Shown here piece by piece: positions 57,028 to 64,000 of a stretch of 64,000 bases of DNA (its first letter is position 1; each line of letters begins with the position of its first letter). Origin of the DNA: an uncultured Clostridia bacterium (GTDB lineage: Bacteria; Acidobacteriota; Aminicenantia; UBA2199). The stretch is taken from contig CAZBHS010000030.1 of assembly GCA_964491915.1 (NCBI GenBank), positions 653-64,652 on the forward strand, given 5' to 3'. The position numbers and the translations under genes are program-made. The notes under the pieces are model-generated. The model worked only from the letters and a program-made list of their open reading frames with translations. It was not told where the DNA came from and searched no databases.

Positions 57028-57034
57028 ATTCCCG

Positions 57035-57913
57035 TCAGTGTGTGTCTCCGGCCCGCTTTAGCAATGACTCCGCCGTGTCGTCCGCTTGCCCCATGGCGAT
57101 TCCGAAAGAGACGGAAATTCTCGCGTCCTTATCGATGGGGGCGAGGTCTGTCTCCTGCAGCAATGTTCGGAAAACACCCGCCGATTCACCCAGCTTCTCC
57201 TGCGTGGTATTCTGGATAATGGCTACAAAATGAACCCGGTCTTCTTCTTCGGCGGGATCTATCCAGCGGCCAATCCAATCGAAGGGGGTGATGTTGCTGA
57301 TCAATGTTTGGGCAAACAGCTTGATGGCCCCTCCGTAACAATCCTTGCCGTTGTTCTTGAGTCCCTCGATGCAGTCGATTCTGATGGCGATAATCCCAAA
57401 TTGCCAACCATAGTGTTGCAACTCCCACAAGCGGGTGGCAATCTTCTTCTCCAGGAAACTCCGGTTCGGAATCCCCGCCACCGGATCCAAAAGCGACTGG
57501 TCCTCCAACGCCGCGACTCTCTCCAAAAAATGGCCGCGGGCCGATGTCTCGCTGAATATCTCCACCGCCCCAATCACCTCGCCGTTATTGTCTGTGATAG
57601 GGTTGACTTGCACGAATACCGGGATGCGGTGGCCGTCTTTGTGATGCAAGTAGATGGAGGATTCGCACGGTTCTCCGCTCTCGATGGATTGGGCCAGGGG
57701 ACAGGTCCCTTTGCATAGATTGTTCCCCGCGGCGTCGATATGAACGAGAATATTGTCTCCGCAGGATTTCCCCAAAATATCCGCCTTGCTGAAGCCGGTA
57801 ATCCTCTCGGCCGCCTCGTTCCAATAGGTCACCTGCCGTTTGGTGTTGACAAAATATACCCCGTCTTTGAGGGCGTCCAGCAATCTCCAATAAAATTTAT
57901 TTTCTTCGATCAT
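57035..57913 (-). CDS. PAS domain - degenerate GGDEF domain protein
   Basis: 292 aa. The PAS domain is LLDALKDGVYFVNTKRQVTYWNEAAERITGF. The GGDEF fold begins at DPVAGIPNRSFL, but the GG(D/E)EF position reads IGRWIDPAEEEDRVHFVAI. Confidence 0.75.
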   Translation of the reverse strand: MIEENKFYWRLLDALKDGVYFVNTKRQVTYWNEAAERITGFSKADILGKSCGDNILVHIDAAGNNLCKGTCPLAQSIESGEPCESSIYLHHKDGHRIPVFVQVNPITDNNGEVIGAVEIFSETSARGHFLERVAALEDQSLLDPVAGIPNRSFLEKKIATRLWELQHYGWQFGIIAIRIDCIEGLKNNGKDCYGGAIKLFAQTLISNITPFDWIGRWIDPAEEEDRVHFVAIIQNTTQEKLGESAGVFRTLLQETDLAPIDKDARISVSFGIAMGQADDTAESLLKRAGDTH

Positions 57914-57917
57914 CGTA

Positions 57918-59303
57918 TTATCCTTCCTTTAATGCCCGGACCATATCGGCGACCATTTTTTTCGCATCCCCGAACAACATCATGGTCTTCTGTTCATAAA
58001 ACAATTCATTGTCCTCGCCGGCGAATCCCGGACTCAGACTCCGTTTGACAATCATGACTGTGCGCGCCTTGTCCACATCCAGTATCGGCATTCCGTACAG
58101 AGGGCTGCCTTTTTTATGGCGGGCCGCCGGATTGACCACATCATTGGCTCCAATCACCAGCGCCACATCCGTTTGCTGGAAATCATCGTTGATCCTCTCC
58201 ATCTCGAAGAGTTGATCGTATGATACATTGGCCTCCGCCAGCAACACGTTCATATGGCCGGGCATTCGTCCCGCCACCGGATGAATGGCGTAACGGACCT
58301 CCAGTCCTTTTTTCACCAGCAATTCCTCCAATTCGTGAAGCGCGTGCTGGGCTTGCGCCACCGCCAAACCATACCCCGGTACGATAATGACCGATTGGGC
58401 GGTCTCCAACACCGGAACCGCGTCCTCCGCCGCGTACCCGGTCACCTGTTTTCGCTCACCCGCTTCCGCCGCAGAGCCGCCGCTATCCTGTCCCACCGCG
58501 GCAAACAGCACATTGGCCAACGACCGGTTCATGGCGCGGCACATGATATTGGTGAGAATAATGCCTGAAGCCCCCACCAGAGAGCCGGCGATGATCAACA
58601 TGTTACTGGCCAGCACAAATCCCGTGGCAGCCGCCGCCAATCCCGACAGAGAATTGAGCAGCGAAATCACCACCGGCATGTCCGCGCCGCCGATGGGAAT
58701 GACAGCCAATATCCCCAAAAGACCGGCCAAAACCAATACCGCCAACATGTACACACTCATCGACGGATTCATAACCGATAAAACGCCCAAACCCAGGATC
58801 GCCAGCCCGATCAAGCCATTGAAGGGCTTCTGCCCCTTGAACACCAGCGGCGCCCCTTTCATGATGCCCTGGAGCTTGGCAAAAGCGATCACACTGCCGA
58901 AAAACGTGATGTTACCGATCAGAATACTGATAAAAATAGTGGTCACCAACACCGCGTCCGCCGAATCGGGAATCCTGAAATATTGGCCCAATGCCACCAA
59001 CGCCGACGCGCCGCCGCCGAACGCGTTAAAGAGCGCCACCATCTGCGGCATGGCCGTCATTTGCACTTTCTTCGCCGCAATAACTCCAATCAACGATCCG
59101 ATCACCACTCCGGCGATAATAAAGGTGAAGTCCAAAATCTGCCGGTCAAGCAGCGTCACCACCACCGCAAGGAGCATGCCCATCATTGCCAGTCCATTGC
59201 CGTTGCGCGCCGTCTTGGGGGAACCCAGCTTTTTGATGCCGAAGATAAACAGCGCCGCCGCCGCCAAATAAGCGGCGTCTGTCAGAAGGCCCAGTAGGGT
59301 CAT
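57918..59303 (-). CDS. pntB: NAD(P) transhydrogenase subunit beta
   Basis: 461 aa with a multi-TM N-terminal part and a C-terminal dIII NADP(H)-binding domain (VPGYGLAVAQAQH; GANDVVNP). Confidence 0.95.
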   Translation of the reverse strand: MTLLGLLTDAAYLAAAALFIFGIKKLGSPKTARNGNGLAMMGMLLAVVVTLLDRQILDFTFIIAGVVIGSLIGVIAAKKVQMTAMPQMVALFNAFGGGASALVALGQYFRIPDSADAVLVTTIFISILIGNITFFGSVIAFAKLQGIMKGAPLVFKGQKPFNGLIGLAILGLGVLSVMNPSMSVYMLAVLVLAGLLGILAVIPIGGADMPVVISLLNSLSGLAAAATGFVLASNMLIIAGSLVGASGIILTNIMCRAMNRSLANVLFAAVGQDSGGSAAEAGERKQVTGYAAEDAVPVLETAQSVIIVPGYGLAVAQAQHALHELEELLVKKGLEVRYAIHPVAGRMPGHMNVLLAEANVSYDQLFEMERINDDFQQTDVALVIGANDVVNPAARHKKGSPLYGMPILDVDKARTVMIVKRSLSPGFAGEDNELFYEQKTMMLFGDAKKMVADMVRALKEG

Positions 59304-59620
59304 GGTTTTTTCTCCTGTTGGTCTTTTTTGTCCCGTTTGAACATCTCCAACATCCGGTCCGTCACCATAAAGCCCCCCACCACATTAATAGTGGCGAACA
59401 CCAATGCCACGAAGCCCAAAATCTTGCTCAAGAGCGCATGCTCCCCGGCTGTGGCGATCCCCGCCACCAACAGGGCGCCGACAATCGTGATGCCGGAGAT
59501 GGCGTTCGACCCCGACATCAGAGGTGTATGCAAGAGCGGCGGGACTTTGGCGATGATCTCGAAGCCGATAAATATCGCCAGTACGAACACATAGATAAAT
59601 GCCATCAATGATGCCATCAT
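59300..59620 (-). CDS. pntAB: NAD(P) transhydrogenase alpha subunit, membrane part 2
   Basis: 106 aa, 3 TM, with the PLMSGSNAISGI motif. It overlaps pntB by 4 nt. Confidence 0.85.
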   Translation of the reverse strand: MMASLMAFIYVFVLAIFIGFEIIAKVPPLLHTPLMSGSNAISGITIVGALLVAGIATAGEHALLSKILGFVALVFATINVVGGFMVTDRMLEMFKRDKKDQQEKKP

Positions 59621-59630
59621 GCCGTCCTCC

Positions 59631-60782
59631 TTATTCGATCCCGAAGCGTTGCTTCAAAAACTCGTTCACCACAGCGCCGCCGCGGGTGATGCACGCCCCT
59701 TTGGTGATATCGTCCTCAAAATCCGGTTGACCGCTCTCGGCGCCGAACAAGAGGCTCAATAAATTGAAGGTATTTTTACCGAACAATTGACTGGCGTGAA
59801 CCGGTAACAGGGCCGGCAAGTTCACGGCGCCCACAACCTTGACTCCGTGTTTTTCAACGGTCTTGCCCGCTTCCGTGATTTCGCAATTCCCCCCTTGCTC
59901 GGCGGCGATGTCGATGACCACCGAACCGGGCTTCATTTTTTTCAGCATCTCTTCGGTAATGAGTAATGGTGATTGCTTGCCGAAAATTTGCGCTGTGGTG
60001 ATGATCACGTCGGTCTTGGGCAATCGCGCGCCGATGGTCTCCTGCTCCCGCAGCAAAAAATCATCCGATTGCTCTTTGGCGTAACCGCCTTTGGTCTCCA
60101 CATCTTCCAATTGCTCCATCGCCACGAAATGAGCCCCCAGACTCATCACCTGCTCCTTGACCGCGACGCGGGGATCGAACGCCTCAACCCGGGCGCCCAA
60201 CCGTTTGGCGGTGGCAATGGCTTGAAGCCCCGCCACACCCGCCCCTAAAATCAACGCCGTTGCCGGCGGCACCGTTCCCGCCGCCGTCATCAGCATAGGA
60301 AACATTTTCGGCAACATGCTTGCCGCCATTAACACCGCCTTGTAACCGGCGATAGTGGCCATGGAGCTCAAAGCGTCCATGCTCTGGGCCCGGGTGATGC
60401 GGGGGATGAAATCCATAGCAAAGGAGGTGATGTTTTTCCGCTTGAATTGTTCCAGGAAGCCCCGCTCGCCAAAAAGGGATAAAAATCCCACATATATGCA
60501 GCCGTCCGTCAACAGGTCCGCCTCATGCTTGCCCGACACAGGGTGCGTCGCCGGCGGCGCCACCTTGACAACCACCTCCGCCTTAGAATAGATCTTCGCC
60601 GGATCGCGAACAATCGTCGCGCCGGCATCGCTGTATTGCCGGTCATCGAACAAAGCTTCGAGTCCCGCCTCAGATTCCACCAGAACGACGTGCCCCTGCG
60701 CGATTAAATCCTTCACATTCGCCGGGATCAAGGCAACGCGAGTTTCCCCCGCTTGTATCTCCTTAGGCACTCCAATGATCAC
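59631..60782 (-). CDS. pntAA: NAD(P) transhydrogenase alpha subunit part 1 (dI)
   Basis: It has the alanine dehydrogenase/PNT fold and Rossmann motif ILGAGVAGLQAIATAKRLGA. The start is proposed at the GTG after AGGAGG (VIIGVPKEI...). The ORF-track TTG at 60818 is possible. Confidence 0.9.
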   Translation of the reverse strand: MIIGVPKEIQAGETRVALIPANVKDLIAQGHVVLVESEAGLEALFDDRQYSDAGATIVRDPAKIYSKAEVVVKVAPPATHPVSGKHEADLLTDGCIYVGFLSLFGERGFLEQFKRKNITSFAMDFIPRITRAQSMDALSSMATIAGYKAVLMAASMLPKMFPMLMTAAGTVPPATALILGAGVAGLQAIATAKRLGARVEAFDPRVAVKEQVMSLGAHFVAMEQLEDVETKGGYAKEQSDDFLLREQETIGARLPKTDVIITTAQIFGKQSPLLITEEMLKKMKPGSVVIDIAAEQGGNCEITEAGKTVEKHGVKVVGAVNLPALLPVHASQLFGKNTFNLLSLLFGAESGQPDFEDDITKGACITRGGAVVNEFLKQRFGIE

Positions 60783-60920
60783 CTTTCCCTCCTTTTCTCT
60801 CTCCAACGTTGTTCCCAAATGGTTTACCCTGTCAATCCTATATTACGTTAAAAAATTATTTTTTCAACTGTTTTGTCGAACGCCCGAATTATTCGGTTTT
60901 TTAACCGGAAGGCATTGTAG

Positions 60921-62300
60921 TTAGCGCAATGTATCGATATGTTCGTCCATCCAGGCGGCCCTCTGCCGGAGCCATTCCTTGAGATTGGCGATCTCTTCTT
61001 CGTAGGTTTGAGGGTAGGGGGCGGGATTGGGCCACACATATTGGCCCAGCACCGGCCAACGCTGGAAGTTTCGCTGTTGCGCCTCTTCCAACTGGAACAC
61101 AGCGTCGTCAATGACGTCGAAGATATGATCGGTGGAGAGTGTGGTTTGCCGCAAGGCGCGCCAGCGTTCGACCAATGCTTCGCGAAAAGCTGGATCCCTC
61201 AGTAACCGTTGCCACCAAAACGTTCCCGGATGGGTGGTCCTGCGATCCAGTTGCCAACCGTCGGTTCGCCCTTTGTAGCCGTACATGCAATTGCCCATCG
61301 AGAGGTTGAAATCCCACACCGGTCCCATGCACAATGTGCCGTCGCGTTTTTTGTGCAAAAATGTACTCAGGATGTAGGTGTCGTCGTCCCGGAAAAACTC
61401 CCTCAACAGCATATAATCGATCCACGAGCCGGTGTCGATATAGCGCCGGTATCCAATGACAGGATGGGTGTAATAACTCGAAAAAAGCGCCGCTTCCACC
61501 CGTTGAATATAATCCTTGATCCAGATCGTCTGCTCCGGTGTGATAAATTTTTTTTGCGGATAATCGATCAAAAAGGACACTCTCCGCTCAGTTTTGAAGC
61601 CAATCTCGTCATCCCTACGGTCGATTTTCAGGATATAGCCGCCGCTGATTTCAGGCTCGCTATTATGGCAAGGATCCAGGCGGGCAATATCAACTCTGTG
61701 ATCCCCCCGCTTGATCTTCTCCATCAATAAATAGACTCCCTTGTAGACGTGCTCGTCGCCCTCTTTGAACAATAGCTCGACAAACACCGTCCGCGACGCG
61801 TAGCGGCCGGTCTCCCGGGTAAGCGCGCAGGCCAGGTAATTGCGCAACAATGTTTTGTCCGAATAGGGGCCGTAGAGGACCCAATCGCTCTCCGCCGGCA
61901 ATCCCAGCAACGATACATCCAGGTCTTCGCAGTATTGGTCCTGTATTTCAATCGCGTAGGATTTTTTAGGAAACCCTAACGAGGTAGAGCCGCGGAACTC
62001 AATGGCGATGCGTTCTTCGCAGGCGGGCGTGTCGCTGGTATAATTGCGGTCGTTTTGCCGGTCGAATGTTTGCAGCAGCGCGGGAATTTTCGGTTCGTCC
62101 ACGATAGCGGCGCCATTCGTGTCGATCACCACCAGCGGCAGGTTGGAGTTGAATCCGCTGCGCTCTTCATCCGGCTCCTCTTCCGGCGGGATTTCGTTGT
62201 GATCGTTTCCCGGAACCGGCATCATGCATGCGCCCGCCATGAGTATTACCGCCAGCAGCGCCAGGCATATCAGTACTCTATTCCGCTTTATCTCTATCAT
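60921..62300 (-). CDS. CotH kinase family protein (secreted/anchored)
   Basis: 459 aa with an N-terminal anchor. CotH-like blocks are present: LPLVVIDTNG, YKGVYLLMEKIKR, LREFFRDDD, FWWQRLL. Confidence 0.78.
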   Translation of the reverse strand: MIEIKRNRVLICLALLAVILMAGACMMPVPGNDHNEIPPEEEPDEERSGFNSNLPLVVIDTNGAAIVDEPKIPALLQTFDRQNDRNYTSDTPACEERIAIEFRGSTSLGFPKKSYAIEIQDQYCEDLDVSLLGLPAESDWVLYGPYSDKTLLRNYLACALTRETGRYASRTVFVELLFKEGDEHVYKGVYLLMEKIKRGDHRVDIARLDPCHNSEPEISGGYILKIDRRDDEIGFKTERRVSFLIDYPQKKFITPEQTIWIKDYIQRVEAALFSSYYTHPVIGYRRYIDTGSWIDYMLLREFFRDDDTYILSTFLHKKRDGTLCMGPVWDFNLSMGNCMYGYKGRTDGWQLDRRTTHPGTFWWQRLLRDPAFREALVERWRALRQTTLSTDHIFDVIDDAVFQLEEAQQRNFQRWPVLGQYVWPNPAPYPQTYEEEIANLKEWLRQRAAWMDEHIDTLR

Positions 62301-62317
62301 CGGATTCTCCTCCCCGA

Positions 62318-62980
62318 CTACAAATTATATTCCAGAGTGAAGCCGAAGATGTGGATGCTCTCCCGCTCGAACAAATCCTGTATTATCTGGAAGTGGTAGA
62401 ATAGTTTGAGCGAGGTCTTCTTCTTGAGCTTCCAATCGGCGCCCACTGTCAGCCGTGACTTTTCGCGGGAATTGATCGTGTCGTCTGAAATGAAGAACAG
62501 TTCGCCGCCGGCAAAGGGTCTGATTGTCCGCTTCCCCGCGAGAGAAATTCGCAAACGGGCGCGAACGGTAGTGTCCGCTGTTTGGCCCGCCGTTGATTCC
62601 CGTTCTCCTTGCAAGCGGATATTGAACCGTATTGGATTCAGCGTCCATTTAAACTTCACCCATGTTCCGATTCTGTGGCGAATGTCCGTCGCCCGGTTGG
62701 TGAGGCGGTAATGAGCGCCCATGTCCAACCATTTTGCCATCCGGTACTCGAAGCCGATCTGGGAGATGTTGCTTTTTAGTTCCGATATATTTTTATGATA
62801 CCTGAGCTCGCCGGAGAAGTAACACTCCAGTTTCTTTGACGCGTTCACCGAAATTGTGAGCCCCTCCCATAATTGCGTATCTTCAGATTTTTCGAGCTGC
62901 TGCTGGCCCAGAGAATAGACGGTTGTCGCCATAATCGCCGAACAAATAGTAAATGCGATGAGTGTTGCCGGTTTCATCAT
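62318..62980 (-). CDS. Outer-membrane beta-barrel-like protein (DUF2490-like)
   Basis: 220 aa with a signal peptide, alternating strand pattern and aromatic C-terminus (FGFTLEYNL). The family name is from recollection. Confidence 0.55.
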   Translation of the reverse strand: MMKPATLIAFTICSAIMATTVYSLGQQQLEKSEDTQLWEGLTISVNASKKLECYFSGELRYHKNISELKSNISQIGFEYRMAKWLDMGAHYRLTNRATDIRHRIGTWVKFKWTLNPIRFNIRLQGERESTAGQTADTTVRARLRISLAGKRTIRPFAGGELFFISDDTINSREKSRLTVGADWKLKKKTSLKLFYHFQIIQDLFERESIHIFGFTLEYNL

Positions 62981-62986
62981 CCCCTC

Positions 62987-63583
62987 CTATCCCCGCTCTT
63001 CATCCGCGGCGGCATTGTAAAATACAGTCAGCAACGCGGTGTCCCGCAGGAAATTGATTTTTTCGATCTGCACCCGGTAGATGTCGAGGCCGGTCCGGTT
63101 TCGCAAATCCTCCAGAAGGGCTTCTGAGTTTCCCGGACGGATCAATTCTATTTTTTCGTATTCGACGGCCTTTGATTGCTCCGGCGACAATAACCGGCTG
63201 CCGTCCATGATTATTGTACCGGCGATGATGACGATATTGCAAAAGATCAATTCCAGGTGCCATCCGTTGATGGTGGCCAGGCCATTGATGGCTCCCAAAG
63301 TGATGACCAGGAATTGGTAGGTCATTTCCCTGATTGGAATTGTTTCGGTCCGGTAGCGCAGGATGGAGAAGATGGCGAAAAGCCCGAACGCGAACCCCAC
63401 ATCGATCATGATATTCCGCAGGAACGAACACACAAAGAATATCAGGATGTTGAATATAAAAAAAGTGAATAAAAAATCGCGCCGTCTCGATTGTTTGAAG
63501 TAACCGTAGCGGACGACGACAAATAATGCAACGAGATTGTAGCCGAACCGGAGAAAAAATCCTAATGTGTCAATTGAGTTCAT
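62987..63583 (-). CDS. Membrane protein, DUF4956-like
   Basis: 198 aa with 4-5 TM helices plus a soluble C-terminal tail. It shows the typical gene-neighbourhood partnership with VTC-domain and CotH proteins. Confidence 0.6.
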   Translation of the reverse strand: MNSIDTLGFFLRFGYNLVALFVVVRYGYFKQSRRRDFLFTFFIFNILIFFVCSFLRNIMIDVGFAFGLFAIFSILRYRTETIPIREMTYQFLVITLGAINGLATINGWHLELIFCNIVIIAGTIIMDGSRLLSPEQSKAVEYEKIELIRPGNSEALLEDLRNRTGLDIYRVQIEKINFLRDTALLTVFYNAAADEERG

Positions 63584-63587
63584 CAGA

Positions 63588-64000
63588 CTAAAGTCCTCCT
63601 TGTTGTAGTTTTTGCAGGAAAAGATGCCTTGGTTTGAAGCGGTTATGCTTTAGCGACGGGTAATGGCGGCACACCCCGAAACAATATTTGCTGAAACGGG
63701 TGGGGCGCAGATGGAAGGGGCGAATCAACCGTGAAAAACAGGAATCCACCGATGGCGTCGGTTGCTTGAGCTCGATAACGGATATGCCGGGCAATGTGAT
63801 GATATCGTTGTCTTTTTGAAAGCGCAGGTCCACATCAATGGTCACCCGTTCGTTTTTGCTCCGGTGTACGAGCGCCAACCGCCGGTACGATACTGTGAGC
63901 CGCGGCAGCAGATTGTCAAGATCAAAATCCAGGAATTGCCCCACAAACCGCCGGTCCTCGCCGCTCAGGCTCCGGCGAAAGAATGTCGAATCACCCGCCT
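63588..64000 (-). CDS. VTC (polyphosphate polymerase / CYTH-like tunnel) domain protein, 5'-truncated by window edge
   Basis: The frame stays open to the window end. The C-terminal part, RLTVSYRRLALVHRSKNERVTIDVDLRF ... VIELK, is typical of bacterial VTC-domain proteins. Confidence 0.65.
   Translation of the reverse strand, partial: AGDSTFFRRSLSGEDRRFVGQFLDFDLDNLLPRLTVSYRRLALVHRSKNERVTIDVDLRFQKDNDIITLPGISVIELKQPTPSVDSCFSRLIRPFHLRPTRFSKYCFGVCRHYPSLKHNRFKPRHLFLQKLQQGGL

Noticed and set aside
58387-59271. 294-aa plus-strand ORF inside pntB, with similar ORFs at 55792-56538, 42775-43473 and 43751-44476.
   Set aside because: All lie opposite or out of frame to genes with strong family motifs in GC-rich DNA. 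Their compositions (Pro/Arg/Ala/Ser-rich) are those of non-coding frames.

Overview
64 kb chromosomal segment from a Gram-negative-type bacterium (TonB, Tat, outer-membrane beta-barrels, type IV pilin-like genes). Anaerobic traits are present: a four-subunit 2-oxoacid:ferredoxin oxidoreductase and several radical SAM enzymes. The lineage cannot be assigned from sequence alone, although the periplasmic propeller/Y_Y_Y sensor fused to an AraC HTH and the KKLSLKK...GG leader peptides are typical of the FCB group and relatives. The housekeeping backbone is: lepA, tatA, glmS-ugd-UDP-GlcA epimerase, tonB, rmuC, an aminotransferase, a minor-pilin operon, ftsY-ribD-ribE-ribBA, tyrS, korDABC-like genes, AmmeMemoRadiSam genes, pntAA-pntAB-pntB, and a CotH/DUF2490/DUF4956/VTC cluster. 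No rRNA, tRNA, CRISPR array, transposase or integrase was seen. The accessory content is as follows. (1) A defence-island-like block at 14.6-22.3 kb. It holds a 1069-aa Eco57I/type IIG-like N6-adenine methyltransferase translationally coupled to a small PD-(D/E)xK nuclease, followed by a CHAT-protease/STAND-NTPase/TPR giant protein. An identical 19-nt motif sits upstream of both transcription units. (2) An AT-rich, self-promoted two-gene module at 44.4-48.4 kb. It encodes an HD-domain protein fused to a KaiC/RecA-like ATPase, plus a coupled KaiC-like partner with a degenerate P-loop. I cannot match it to any named system and consider it the best candidate for an undescribed conflict or signalling system. 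(3) Three small Cys-containing peptides with double-glycine-type leaders, at 8.4 kb and as a tandem pair at 28.5-29.0 kb, with no adjacent maturase or C39 exporter. (4) An AT-rich block at 3.2-8.6 kb with three palindromic sites upstream of a sigma54-like promoter. Behind it lie a four-helix-bundle protein, a permease fused to a degenerate ABC ATPase domain, and two tandem secreted paralogs. (5) An orphan radical SAM/SPASM-like enzyme. (6) An AmmeMemoRadiSam cluster whose members carry export signals. Composition is strongly mosaic. The GC-rich blocks generate many long antisense shadow ORFs in the supplied track, and I reject those.
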